A DNA stretch of 64,000 bases from Caldisericia bacterium (GTDB lineage: Bacteria; Caldisericota; Caldisericia; JAAYUI01), in NCBI GenBank assembly GCA_963674785.1, contig OY771555.1, positions 512,001 through 576,000 on the forward strand, in the 5' to 3' direction. How positions within the stretch are numbered: the stretch's first letter is position 1; each line of letters begins with the position of its first letter. Under the pieces are notes generated by a model. It worked only from the letters and a program-made list of their open reading frames with translations. It searched no databases and was not told the origin of the DNA. The position numbers and the translations under genes were made by a program. This document shows, in pieces, positions 10,294 through 20,485 of this stretch.

Positions 10294-11076
10294 TTAATGA
10301 TTCTCTTCAAATTTTTTAAAATATGAATCAATTTCAGGTCTGAGGGTTTTCCCTGCAACCTCAAAGCATTCAAGGACATCGTCGTATGCCCCGATACCAC
10401 CAAGAAAATCCCAAAACTCCTCAGCAACTTTCAATTCATTTTCAATATCTAGCATTCCCTTCATTGTCCATCTTTCATACGGTTTTGGATGATATGGATT
10501 GTAAGGGATCCCGATATATGTAAAAATATTCCCCGAATCTTGATTCTGCCCTTTATAAATAGCAATCCACTCAAGAAGAGTTCTTTTAAAATCTTTGAAA
10601 TTGCTCAGATTTGGTTTGGCAGTTTTAATGTCAAACATATGGACATTCCCGTCAAAATCATCGAGAAAAATATCAGCCTTTACGGCTTTTATTTTATCAG
10701 TTGAACCCATATCAATTGATTTTAAAATTTGTGAGGTCTCTTTTGGTTTATCTGTGTTCGTACCAGAGCTAAGCTGATTGATAATATGCTGAATTTCTGA
10801 CTGAGCTTTGTTGGAGATTTCAGAACCCAGTGAGAATTGCTTTTCAACTCTTTTGAACCTACCCTTGGCTATTATCTCTGCTATTGGCTCAAACAATGAT
10901 GTACCAAAAGTTGTGTTCAATGAGTGGATAAACGAAAACAGATACATCCTGTCTTTGCCAAGTAATCGATAATGAAAAGGCATATGTTTCGACTCAGGGT
11001 TATATTTAATAAGCTTCTGCCTAATCGATGCAATTATAGTTTTCTCAATTTCATCCTTTTGTTCTTTTTTAAGCAC
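10294..11076 (-). CDS. Type II restriction endonuclease, TdeIII/MjaII family
   Basis: MPFHYRLLG, SLNTTFGTS.FE, DIKTAKPN, PYNPY, EFWDFLGG; directly downstream of a DNA MTase. Confidence 0.85.
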   Translation of the reverse strand: MLKKEQKDEIEKTIIASIRQKLIKYNPESKHMPFHYRLLGKDRMYLFSFIHSLNTTFGTSLFEPIAEIIAKGRFKRVEKQFSLGSEISNKAQSEIQHIINQLSSGTNTDKPKETSQILKSIDMGSTDKIKAVKADIFLDDFDGNVHMFDIKTAKPNLSNFKDFKRTLLEWIAIYKGQNQDSGNIFTYIGIPYNPYHPKPYERWTMKGMLDIENELKVAEEFWDFLGGIGAYDDVLECFEVAGKTLRPEIDSYFKKFEENH

Positions 11077-11078
11077 CC

Positions 11079-12671
11079 CTAAATCTCCTTCATATGAAAA
11101 ATGGTTTCTGAATAAAATCCCCTATTCTTTTCAACCCTATTTAACACTGGTCTTTCATATCTATCAACAATCTTTAATCCAGCTTTTTCTGCAATTTTTG
11201 GGTACAGGTTGTATTTGTCATTTGCGACCAAGAAAATATTGAAATCTTTTTTCATATAAGGAATAAAATTCAAAAGAACCGTAGAAATCGAAGAAACATA
11301 TGAAGTCTTTGCTTTCTCACCCTGTCCCTCAAAAAGTGGACCAATTTCAGAGTTATCATTTCTCTTCAAACCAAATAATTCATAAGCGTATGCGTGTTGC
11401 TCATGATAATCTATAAGACCAACATACGGTGGGGATGAAAAAATACCAGAAATACCTTCTCTCTTCAACATCTCCGCAAATTTTGGATTTGATTTTTCCA
11501 ACTCTCTTGTAGTAGAGGTTTTTCTGCTGTCTCCATGAATACAAACCTCCCAAGCACCAGTCTTCAGTTTATCAAACTCCGACAATCGCCTTAAAGTATC
11601 AGATGAGTATCTACGCCACCATTTCTCAATTGAAAATAGTGGTTTGCAAATCCTACCATGTTTCTTGCAGTAATAGGGTTTAAGAGTGGGCTTCACTAAA
11701 GTACCAAGATCAGAATGTGTCGTTGCTCTACATGATCTTGTTGTACGACTCAAGATGACCATCAAGACATGTCTGATCTTCTCGTCTGAAACCTTGTTTA
11801 TTTCGCCTTTTAAAAATTCAATCTCTTCCCTAACTGGTTTTGAATACCATCTACCCATAAAGCTATCATCAGATTTTTGTTTTACCTCAAAACTCTCATC
11901 AGCGACAAGTTTATCAAAATCATATATCACCTGAGATTCAATTTTTTTTGTATAAGATTTCTCATCTATCTGACCAGACCTAACCCTGTACCTGTACTCA
12001 GGCGAAGGGAAATATTTACTGTTATACCCATAAAGAACTTTTTGAAGCTTCTCCTCAAACAAAATGTTTTGCCTGTTTTTTTGAAACTCTGAGAGTTTTT
12101 TTGATAAGTCTGATAAAATTCTCGAAAGCTCAAGTAGGTCATGTTCGCCCACTTTTACTTCACAAATTATCTTGTTGAACTGGGAGATATCGATTCCTAT
12201 CCCGTTTATTCCAAGTTCGTTTGCCTGGATTAGAGTTGTGCCACTCCCGCAAAACGGATCTAGAACAATATCGCCTTTCCCAAAAAAGACTTTCTTCTTG
12301 AAATCATCGGTATGGTTATCCAAGAAGTATTCAACAAGCTGTGGAATAAACTTCCCTTTATATGGGTGAAGTCTATGAACATGTTTTGTTCGTTCGAATT
12401 CTCGGTACTCTTTAAATGAAAGGTTCCAGTTAATATGCTTGCCATTTGACTTTTGCGCACTTTTGAAGTCAGTATGCTGTTTATCAAAATACTCTTTCAG
12501 ATCATCTCTAAAGATTATCGGTCTAGACTTGGTTCCATTGTTTTTTACTCTACCATACGAAACCAGGTAGGAGATGTTTGAAATACTAATTTCCTTTTTA
12601 CAATAACTTGTTGCCCATTCACTTGCCTCTAGGAAACCATGGAATTCCTTTAAATATAGATTCTTTTTCAT
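11079..12671 (-). CDS. Site-specific amino (probably N4-cytosine) DNA methyltransferase, M.MjaII-like
   Basis: HPYKGKFIPQL, VLDPFCGSGTT, SSPPY. Confidence 0.9.
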   Translation of the reverse strand: MKKNLYLKEFHGFLEASEWATSYCKKEISISNISYLVSYGRVKNNGTKSRPIIFRDDLKEYFDKQHTDFKSAQKSNGKHINWNLSFKEYREFERTKHVHRLHPYKGKFIPQLVEYFLDNHTDDFKKKVFFGKGDIVLDPFCGSGTTLIQANELGINGIGIDISQFNKIICEVKVGEHDLLELSRILSDLSKKLSEFQKNRQNILFEEKLQKVLYGYNSKYFPSPEYRYRVRSGQIDEKSYTKKIESQVIYDFDKLVADESFEVKQKSDDSFMGRWYSKPVREEIEFLKGEINKVSDEKIRHVLMVILSRTTRSCRATTHSDLGTLVKPTLKPYYCKKHGRICKPLFSIEKWWRRYSSDTLRRLSEFDKLKTGAWEVCIHGDSRKTSTTRELEKSNPKFAEMLKREGISGIFSSPPYVGLIDYHEQHAYAYELFGLKRNDNSEIGPLFEGQGEKAKTSYVSSISTVLLNFIPYMKKDFNIFLVANDKYNLYPKIAEKAGLKIVDRYERPVLNRVEKNRGFYSETIFHMKEI

Positions 12672-12965
12672 TCCTTCTCTCATACACCACACCTAAAAAA
12701 ATGCTCATCGGATAATCCGATTTTAATCAGATAATGAGTTTACACAATAAACATGCACAGATGTTTTTTTGTCCCACAAATGTGTAATAAACCGAAAACT
12801 GAAGTGTTACAAACATTAGCAATAATGGTTATAGATTCCTTGATGAGAAATATCTGCCCGAATATCTGATGTGCAATATTTTTACAATTTGTGAAAAATA
12901 ATAACAACTTTGAAGAGAATATGTATATAATTGAGTTTTTTAACATAGATAAATCCCCTTTTCAC

Positions 12966-12993
12966 TTGACACAAAGGGTCTGTAGTTTATAAT
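12966..12993 (+). promoter_or_regulatory. sigma70 promoter of the M23-bactofilin operon
   Basis: TTGACA-16nt-TATAAT. Confidence 0.7.
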
Positions 12994-13066
12994 GTTTCCT
13001 TGGTTGGTGATTGGTGTGTTCGCAGGACGACACCAAACATTGTTATATGGAGAATGATATATCTAC

Positions 13067-14068
13067 ATGAACAAGGGCTATGACACCAAAGAAATGAAGG
13101 TGATTCCACTAGGTAATAGTGGGAAGCGACCTTTCACGATAAGATGGGGCTACCTCTACGTCGCAACAATTATTTTTGTGATTCTAGGTTCGTTGCTATT
13201 CAATTTCACCTTTGTCCTGTACCCAGAAAAAGTAGAATCATACAACCTTGCAACCTCAATTGATACAAGCGAACTCATTTCTAGACTAAGCCAGGTCAGG
13301 GCACAGGCCACCCCTGAACTTCGCATATATGATGAATCTTCCAAGCTTGCGCTCGAAAACCTTGAGGTTTTCCATAACTCAAATGTCACACTAAGATCTG
13401 ATAATGATTTATCCGAGCCAATCCTATCTCCCGCCGATGTAACTGATCCTAGCCTTCACAGTGAAAATGCTTCATTTTCTGATCCATCCGAAATTGCTGG
13501 GAAGCTCTCCGCCGAAACATCCGATATGATGGAGAGACAAGAGCTTTTGTCATATGAAATTCCAAAGTTAGAAAGGGATTCTGAGAATATCTCTTGGGTA
13601 AAGGCACATACACCTTCAAGATACCCTGTTCCAGACGGTGTCACCAGAGAGATTAGTTCTGATTATGGCTACAGAATTCATCCAGTCTATGGTTATCCAA
13701 AATTCCATGAGGGAATCGATATGCACGGTGTTTCTGGTGAAGAGATACTCGCAACAGCAGACGGAACGGTTACAAAAGCCGGATGGTTCGGTGGATACGG
13801 TCTCTGTGTAATAATTGTTCACAGAACCGAACCAAAGATAGAATCTAGATATGGTCACCTCATTCGTGGGGGCGTTAAAGTAAAAGTTGGGGATGTTGTA
13901 AAAAGGGGAGATGTTATTGGTCTGATGGGGTCAACTGGTGTTTCAACAGGGACTCATGTTCACTATGAAATCAGAGTTGATGGCAAGCACGTAGATCCAA
14001 AGGATTACACAATGAAAAATTGGTCATGCGGTGGTTTCCCCTGGGAGGAGGAAGCAAGTGCAGAATAG
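13067..14068 (+). CDS. M23 family metallopeptidase with N-terminal TM
   Basis: HEGID, YGHL, GSTGVSTGTHVHYE. Confidence 0.93.
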   Translation: MNKGYDTKEMKVIPLGNSGKRPFTIRWGYLYVATIIFVILGSLLFNFTFVLYPEKVESYNLATSIDTSELISRLSQVRAQATPELRIYDESSKLALENLEVFHNSNVTLRSDNDLSEPILSPADVTDPSLHSENASFSDPSEIAGKLSAETSDMMERQELLSYEIPKLERDSENISWVKAHTPSRYPVPDGVTREISSDYGYRIHPVYGYPKFHEGIDMHGVSGEEILATADGTVTKAGWFGGYGLCVIIVHRTEPKIESRYGHLIRGGVKVKVGDVVKRGDVIGLMGSTGVSTGTHVHYEIRVDGKHVDPKDYTMKNWSCGGFPWEEEASAE

Positions 14069-14666
14069 AAAGTTTTCAATTTTTTTTTCAATTGCGCTTA
14101 CAGTTATTTTTATTTTTTCAATCATGTTGATTCCACATCAAACAAATCTCAAACCAGCGGGAGAAGCCTGCTATTATGAACCGGTAGATTTTGATTTGAT
14201 GGATTATATATATGTCGAGAATCTCCCTGAATACACCTGGGAATTCCCACTTTCAAACTTCTCGGAAAGAGAAATTGATCGCGGATATGGTTGGAAAATT
14301 CACCCAATACATGATTACCCGAAATTCCACGAGGGAATTGATATTAGAGGTATTGTTGGTGAAGAAATCTATGCAATGAGTTCTGGCACCGTGACAAAGG
14401 CCGGTTGGTTCGGTGGATATGGTCTTTGTATTATCATTAAACAAGAAAACGGTGTCGAGACAAGATATGGTCATCTCGCCAGAGGTGGCATCAAGGTAAA
14501 AGTTGGAGACATTGTGACAACGGGTCAGCATATTGCGGGCCTTGGGTCAACAGGTATTGCAACAGGTCCACATCTTCATTTCGAAGTAAGGATTAATAGC
14601 AAACACATAGATCCAATGGATTACCTAATGAAACTCGGAGGAGGAAACTATGCTCCTATCAAGTAA
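14058..14666 (+). CDS. M23 family metallopeptidase
   Basis: HEGID, YGHL, TGPHLHFE; GTG start at 14058 after GGAGG. Confidence 0.92.
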   Translation: MQNRKFSIFFSIALTVIFIFSIMLIPHQTNLKPAGEACYYEPVDFDLMDYIYVENLPEYTWEFPLSNFSEREIDRGYGWKIHPIHDYPKFHEGIDIRGIVGEEIYAMSSGTVTKAGWFGGYGLCIIIKQENGVETRYGHLARGGIKVKVGDIVTTGQHIAGLGSTGIATGPHLHFEVRINSKHIDPMDYLMKLGGGNYAPIK

Positions 14667-15618
14667 GAAAAGAACAAACCACATCAGCTTCATGGTGGTT
14701 CCACACTATGATGCAAAGGTCAGAACAATAAAGATTCCATACGTTTTGATCTATGGACTTGTAATAGTTTTGGTCATGAGTGGTGTTATGCTCTGGCAGC
14801 TCGTCTCAAAGTATGATGCAATGAGCCACGAGATTGCCGTTGCTGAAGAAACCAACAACTCAAGAACAATCGCACTTCTTGAGGAGAGTTTCTACAGGAT
14901 GAGCAATGAGCTTGAAGGAGAACAGAAGAAGGTTTCCGCAATCTCCGAGTGCATGACAGAAATCGAAAGGCTTGATGATGAAATAATGGCTGCTGCTGGA
15001 TTTGACATCAAAGCCAATGATTGGGAAGCAAGCCTTATTGCAAACGGAAGAGCCCCAGAACAAACACTTAAGCCAGCGTCCATAAGCCCAGAGGTAACGG
15101 ACAACATCAATCGTGTTGCAAACTCAATCGTTTCAGAAAGAGACCAGAGAGAACGCTCACTTGCAATCCTCAAAGCCAACTATGAAGAGGCACATGACAG
15201 AATGGATGCCACACCATCAGGACTGCCATGTAAAGGAAGAATTCAGGATGGATTCGGATACTATTCATGGCGTGGAAGATTCCACTATGGAATCGACATC
15301 ATCACCCCAACAGGCACCCCAATTTACGCTCCTGCTGATGGTAAAGTAATCAGAACAGCACCTGGAACATATGGTGCATATGGTAACATGATCGATGTTA
15401 TGCACGATGGTGGAATCATTACCAGATATGGTCACCTCAGCGCATTCTATTGCGAAGAGGGTGATTATGTCTGTAAGGGTCAGCTTATCGGTGCAGTAGG
15501 CAACACCGGAAGATCCGCCGGTTCGCATCTTCACTACGAAATCAGAGTTGGCGCATCCATTTCTGAAAACGGATTCATCCACCAGGGTGAGGCAGTCGAT
15601 CCACTCAACTTCCCATAG
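14650..15618 (+). CDS. M23 metallopeptidase with TM and coiled coil (Csd1/LmdC-like architecture)
   Basis: HYGID, YGHL, GSHLHYE; immediately upstream of a bactofilin. Confidence 0.92.
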   Translation: MLLSSKKRTNHISFMVVPHYDAKVRTIKIPYVLIYGLVIVLVMSGVMLWQLVSKYDAMSHEIAVAEETNNSRTIALLEESFYRMSNELEGEQKKVSAISECMTEIERLDDEIMAAAGFDIKANDWEASLIANGRAPEQTLKPASISPEVTDNINRVANSIVSERDQRERSLAILKANYEEAHDRMDATPSGLPCKGRIQDGFGYYSWRGRFHYGIDIITPTGTPIYAPADGKVIRTAPGTYGAYGNMIDVMHDGGIITRYGHLSAFYCEEGDYVCKGQLIGAVGNTGRSAGSHLHYEIRVGASISENGFIHQGEAVDPLNFP

Positions 15619-15630
15619 GAGATATTCATC

Positions 15631-15999
15631 ATGCTTAAACGAGTCCCTACAGATATTAGAGACAGGTCAGAATCATATATTAGTTCAACAGTCAGAATTG
15701 TCGGAAAATTCATTTGCAACGGTGTTTTAAGGATTGACGGAACACTTGAAGGAGATGTTGAGGGAGAAGGGCATCTTATCGTTGGAAAATCTGGTCATGT
15801 CCAGGGTACAGTAAAAATGAGATCTGTCACAAACCTTGGCACAATTGAAGGTGACCTTTTCTGTACCGAACTGATTGAGCTTCTAGAAGGAAGCAAACTC
15901 CTTGGTGACGTTTCACTCCAGACCTCCAAATTCCGTATCGAGGAAAACGTCACATTCTCCGGAAAATCAAATACCAACCTGGCAACCAAAAAGAAATAG
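15631..15999 (+). CDS. Bactofilin (polymer-forming cytoskeletal protein)
   Basis: LRIDGTLEGDV, LIVGKSGHVQG, G.IEGDL beta-helix pattern. Confidence 0.9.
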   Translation: MLKRVPTDIRDRSESYISSTVRIVGKFICNGVLRIDGTLEGDVEGEGHLIVGKSGHVQGTVKMRSVTNLGTIEGDLFCTELIELLEGSKLLGDVSLQTSKFRIEENVTFSGKSNTNLATKKK

Positions 16000-16036
16000 C
16001 TCAAATAAAACAAACAAATCAGTTTGGGAGGGTTTT

Positions 16037-16618
16037 GTGATGAAAAGGGGTACTTTTTCCTTTGCTTTAATTCTTACTTTTGCTCTCTCATTGGTTTTCA
16101 TGTCCTGCACCGGTACACCGGACTCTGATTCGCAAAACAGGTTTTCTATTGATATTTCAGATAAATGGGAATGCATTGCTGATAATTGGATTTCACACGA
16201 ACAATGTCAAAGAATCGATTTTGAACTACATGAAGGTGATTCTGTAAACGGTTTTTTATACATAGAAATCTATCCTGACTGGGCATATTTTGGTGATGGA
16301 CAGAAGATGAGTTTTAATGATATTGTAGAAGCAACCCACATTGAGCTATCTTTTTTAAACTGCGAAAAATATGACAACATCAAGCTCGGAAGCCATACTT
16401 ACGGTAGATTTTTTACACCTCCACACAATACTCATGATGATTATTGGCACGACATGTTGACACATGTGACGCTTGTTGGTGATGATATGATCAGAATTCG
16501 AACGCTTCTCCCCTCGCTTACAGATGATAATGATAAGCTTTATGATGAGGAGATGCTTCAAATTCTCAAATCACTTAAATTCAAAGATCTGAAAATGAGT
16601 GATTTTCAAGATTATTGA
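16037..16618 (+). CDS. Hypothetical lipoprotein
   Basis: GGAGG SD, signal peptide ending FMSC. Confidence 0.65.
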   Translation: MMKRGTFSFALILTFALSLVFMSCTGTPDSDSQNRFSIDISDKWECIADNWISHEQCQRIDFELHEGDSVNGFLYIEIYPDWAYFGDGQKMSFNDIVEATHIELSFLNCEKYDNIKLGSHTYGRFFTPPHNTHDDYWHDMLTHVTLVGDDMIRIRTLLPSLTDDNDKLYDEEMLQILKSLKFKDLKMSDFQDY

Positions 16619-16699
16619 TTCCTTCAAACCTTGAATAACAATCCATAGACAACGATAATCTACCTGTAAGAAATATCCGGATATTACGGGGGTAGAAAC

Positions 16700-17266
16700 A
16701 TGAAAAACACAACTGTACAAATCACAAGAACCGCATTATTCATTGCACTCGGAGTTGTCATTCCATTGGTAATTCACACCGTTGGTGCAGGAAGATTTGG
16801 AAGAGCACTTCTTCCCATGCACATTCCAATTCTTCTTGCAGGTTTTTATCTTGAACCACTGTATGCAACGTTTGCTGGTCTTGTGACTCCGTTCCTCTCA
16901 TCAATTTTGACAGGGATGCCACCACTCTACCCAACAATGTATATTATGGTTTTTGAACTCGCAGCATATGCTCTCTGTGTGTGTCTATTCTTTAGACTTT
17001 TTTCAAGATATAAAAAGCTCAGAAAGTCAAAACTACATATAATTCTAGCATTAATAATCTCAATGATCATTGGGAGAATTATTTCAAGCGTTGGTTCATG
17101 GATACTTGTAGGCAACAACACACTTGGATTTGGAAGCGCAATGACACAAATTTCAATTATTTTTGCTGGTCTTTTTGTGACAGGATTGTTTGGGATAATC
17201 ATACAACTTATAATCATCCCAACCCTTGTAATCACAACCGAATCATCACTTATAGATTTAAAATGA
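16700..17266 (+). CDS. ECF transporter S component
   Basis: ALFIALGVVIP, LLPMHIP, TP.LSS.LTGMPP, M.FELAAY. Confidence 0.85.
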   Translation: MKNTTVQITRTALFIALGVVIPLVIHTVGAGRFGRALLPMHIPILLAGFYLEPLYATFAGLVTPFLSSILTGMPPLYPTMYIMVFELAAYALCVCLFFRLFSRYKKLRKSKLHIILALIISMIIGRIISSVGSWILVGNNTLGFGSAMTQISIIFAGLFVTGLFGIIIQLIIIPTLVITTESSLIDLK

Positions 17267-17868
17267 GCAATAAAAAAGAGAGGCGAACAGAGTTTTTTAA
17301 TGAGCGTGCTGCCGGGTGGGATGAATATGCGAAACACGATCCGGAAAAAGTCAGATATATCCTTGATAAGCTTTCAATAAAACCTGGACACAAGGTTTTA
17401 GATGTGGGTTGCGGAACTGGAATACTAACCACTTTTATAACAGATTTGATTGGAGACACTGGAAACCTAAAAAGTATAGACATCTCAAAAGAGATGATAA
17501 AAATCGCAAAATCAAAGTTTTCCATGGAAAATGTCGAATTTGTCTGTGACGATATTGCAACGATAAATATACCAGAAAATCATTTTGATGCAGTTGTTTT
17601 CTATTCGGTGTTCCCTCATATTGACGAAAAGGAAGATGTAATCAGAAGGTGTACCGGTTTCCTCAAGCATGGCGGAAAGCTGAGTGTTGCTCACTCTCAA
17701 TCCAGAAAAGATATCATGGCAATCCACAGCAGAGGTGACGACTCCCCAGTTTCAAATGACTATTTCCCGGAAATGACTGAGATTGAAAAAATGTTTACAG
17801 ATTCAGGATTATCTGTTATATTCAACCGAGACGATAGTCAGATATTTATAATCACAGGGGAGAAATGA
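17263..17868 (+). CDS. Class I SAM-dependent methyltransferase
   Basis: VLDVGCGTG, DISKEMI, FPH, LKHGG; ATGA-type coupling. Confidence 0.88.
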   Translation: MSNKKERRTEFFNERAAGWDEYAKHDPEKVRYILDKLSIKPGHKVLDVGCGTGILTTFITDLIGDTGNLKSIDISKEMIKIAKSKFSMENVEFVCDDIATINIPENHFDAVVFYSVFPHIDEKEDVIRRCTGFLKHGGKLSVAHSQSRKDIMAIHSRGDDSPVSNDYFPEMTEIEKMFTDSGLSVIFNRDDSQIFIITGEK

Positions 17869-18317
17869 TGAAGAAGTTTGGAGCATTCATCGGTAGAATC
17901 ACAAGAGATGATTTCAGGGTGAATGCTTTTTATGATGTTGGACTCAAGATTCTTATGTTGATTACTGTTGTATTGGAACTTTTTGGTTTATATAGCTTTT
18001 TTATCAATAATCCCATTTACACACTTTTTGTCATTGACATCATCATTGCGATTCTGCTGTTTTTCATTCTTTTTGTTATTAATCTTATCAAAAGAAAGAG
18101 GAACAAACACACCCAAAACATTTTGAATAGAAATGGGGACATTTCACCACTTCTTTCTACTGCGGGTTCAATTTGCTTTTTGATAGCTATATTTATCAGT
18201 CCCAAAAATGCTCCGCTGTTACTGATTTCAATCATTCTTCTCATCGGCTCAATCGCGTTTTATGTTTTAGGGTATAAACAAGCTCAGAAGGATTTACATT
18301 ATGAAAAAATTGCTTGA
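17865..18317 (+). CDS. Hypothetical 4-TM membrane protein
   Basis: Four hydrophobic segments; N-terminal ITRD..N.FYD shared with the next gene. Confidence 0.65.
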   Translation: MMKKFGAFIGRITRDDFRVNAFYDVGLKILMLITVVLELFGLYSFFINNPIYTLFVIDIIIAILLFFILFVINLIKRKRNKHTQNILNRNGDISPLLSTAGSICFLIAIFISPKNAPLLLISIILLIGSIAFYVLGYKQAQKDLHYEKIA

Positions 18318-18717
18318 ACAAATCACGAGAGATACGCAAAAGAATAACTTTTTCTATGACTTGTCATACAGATTTTTTTGGATACTCACCTTAGTATCAG
18401 GACTGTATCATTTGACTGACATTATCTCAAACTTTTCTTCACTACTTTTGTTTATCATCCCAGGAATACTGGCTGTCTATTTTGTTTTTTTGATAATGAA
18501 TCTTTCCAAACGCACAAAAAATAACACAGTAACGAGTGGTTACAAATACTCAGGATTGAACTCATTTCTTTCAATCATCGGAGCAATGATCAATATCCCA
18601 AACCTGTTCATGAACAAACACATCGCAATACTCTATATTATCGGATTAGTATTCATGATTGCAGCACTATATTTTACCATCAAGGAATATAGATTCATCA
18701 GCAATTCAAATACCTAA
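18301..18717 (+). CDS. Hypothetical 4-TM membrane protein, paralog of upstream gene
   Basis: ITRD...N.FYD motif and same topology. Confidence 0.65.
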   Translation: MKKLLEQITRDTQKNNFFYDLSYRFFWILTLVSGLYHLTDIISNFSSLLLFIIPGILAVYFVFLIMNLSKRTKNNTVTSGYKYSGLNSFLSIIGAMINIPNLFMNKHIAILYIIGLVFMIAALYFTIKEYRFISNSNT

Positions 18718-18779
18718 AGCCAGTTAGATTTGTGTTGATTATCGAGTAAAAAAGGAATATATTTGCTGTGGAGGGAGAT

Positions 18780-20192
18780 ATGAAATCAACCAAAATCATT
18801 GTTGCGGTTCTAGCAGTTTTCATTACTGCATCATGCACCGGTTACAAACTTGCGCCGGGGAGTTACAAGGTAGGAAAATTCACATCAACTCTTCCAAAAG
18901 AAGAGTATATTCTCACATCACCAACAGAGTTTCCAGAAGGTTCGATCTACTCACACACGGATGATTTTGTACTACAAACCAAAAACCTCCCCAAACCAAA
19001 GATAACAAGGGAATATGATGAGTCATTTACCTTCACTCCGTATAAAGATGGAAATTTTGAAAAGAGTGGGGAGCTTGAGGAGGCTTGGAGAGTTGAATTT
19101 GTGAAAGATGTCGTCGAACCTTACAATAAAAGGTTTATGATTTATGTTACACCAAAGTCTAAAGATATTTTCAACATAAAACTTTCATATGACCATAGAG
19201 ATGAAAGAAACAAAGAAAAAAATATTGACCCTAAATCTGGAGAAGAGGCCATAGAGGATAATTCCAAATGGCTAGAAAAAAAGAAGATCTTAAGAAATAC
19301 TGTTTATAATGTTAATCATGATCATTGCCTAGTCATCGACGAGGATAACTTAAGTCTTGTCAACAGCAGAAATGAAATCCTTTGGCACCAAAAAGTTAAA
19401 AACTTCAGTTATTATATTTATAATTTCGATGATCTGATTATGCGAAATAACAATTTAATTTTTCATGATGGGTACAAGATTTATTGTCTGGATTTATCTT
19501 GTGGTGAAGTAAAGTGGATTTTATTTAGTGAGAATAGATTGCTATATAGTCATGTCATAAGGTACTCCCCCGATAATATATGGATGCTATTTGCAGATAT
19601 CTACTCTGAAGACGGGAAAGAGTTAACTCATTGGGAGTATTATAAAACGATGGAGGTTTTTAAGCTTAATCTAGATACATTAGAAATTGTAAATGTGGAT
19701 GTCCCGAGCAAGAATGAAATAAAGTTTGTTGGTGATTATTTTTATAATGAAAAAGATGATACATTAAGGGAATATTTGATAAACACTGGACAGATGGTTT
19801 CAGAGTATACACCTCCTGATGACCTTGAGAATGGGTTTTGGCAATTTGATAGCGCGAATCCGTTCTTTTCATTCTTTATGACGGAGGATAAAGAAAGAGG
19901 ATTCAAATTCTTTAACAAAAAGAATAACACAGCGCTAGATGTAATCGATTATTATTCGGAAAACTCTGAATACACCGACAATTTGAAAAAGAATGTTCGA
20001 ATTCAAATGATTTTTTTTGAAAACAAATACTTTGGTTTTGATGACAAAGAATTCTTCGGCTTTGATCCTGAAACAGCCACTAGAACCTGGACTATCAGCA
20101 AAGAAAAGACTGGTGATGATGCATACATCACATACATTGGAGAAGATGGAGTTTTTATTGTGGATGGAGCAACGCTTTATTGTTATAGGTAG
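18780..20192 (+). CDS. Lipoprotein with PQQ-like beta-propeller repeats
   Basis: Lipobox TASC; YCLDLSCGEVKW and GFDPETATRTW motifs; paralog of 43489-44952. Confidence 0.75.
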   Translation: MKSTKIIVAVLAVFITASCTGYKLAPGSYKVGKFTSTLPKEEYILTSPTEFPEGSIYSHTDDFVLQTKNLPKPKITREYDESFTFTPYKDGNFEKSGELEEAWRVEFVKDVVEPYNKRFMIYVTPKSKDIFNIKLSYDHRDERNKEKNIDPKSGEEAIEDNSKWLEKKKILRNTVYNVNHDHCLVIDEDNLSLVNSRNEILWHQKVKNFSYYIYNFDDLIMRNNNLIFHDGYKIYCLDLSCGEVKWILFSENRLLYSHVIRYSPDNIWMLFADIYSEDGKELTHWEYYKTMEVFKLNLDTLEIVNVDVPSKNEIKFVGDYFYNEKDDTLREYLINTGQMVSEYTPPDDLENGFWQFDSANPFFSFFMTEDKERGFKFFNKKNNTALDVIDYYSENSEYTDNLKKNVRIQMIFFENKYFGFDDKEFFGFDPETATRTWTISKEKTGDDAYITYIGEDGVFIVDGATLYCYR

Positions 20193-20214
20193 AGGTATCT
20201 GCACAAGACCTACC

Positions 20215-20478
20215 CGTCATTCTGTGCGATCGCTGAGCTTGTCGTGAATCACCTTAACCCTCCCTGGTGACTTCGTCACCATCCCTCCCTGACAGGGAGG
20301 GCTTTTAAAATCACATCATCCTCTCCTCCTCGTCATTCCGTGCTTAACACGGAATCCAGGATTACTTTTGATGTATGGATTCTCTACTTAGCAATTCTTG
20401 ATATTGGATAGACAATTTCACCCAAAAAAAAGAGTACACCTTTTTATGCCCTGGTTTCCAGCTTTCGCTGGAAAGACT
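20215..20478. repeat. REP-like cluster with REPIN-like element (copy D)
   Basis: Same unit order as 4877-5095 (CCCTGGTGACTTCGTCACC..., CGTCATTCCGTGCTT..CGGAATCC, core, CTGGTTTCCAGC...GCTGGAAAG). Confidence 0.85.
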
Positions 20479-20485
20479 AAAAAAG

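Noticed and set aside
12692-12960. Replication origin near gyrB
   Set aside because: AT-rich but no cluster of TTATCCACA-type DnaA boxes and no dnaA/dnaN; explained as divergent promoters
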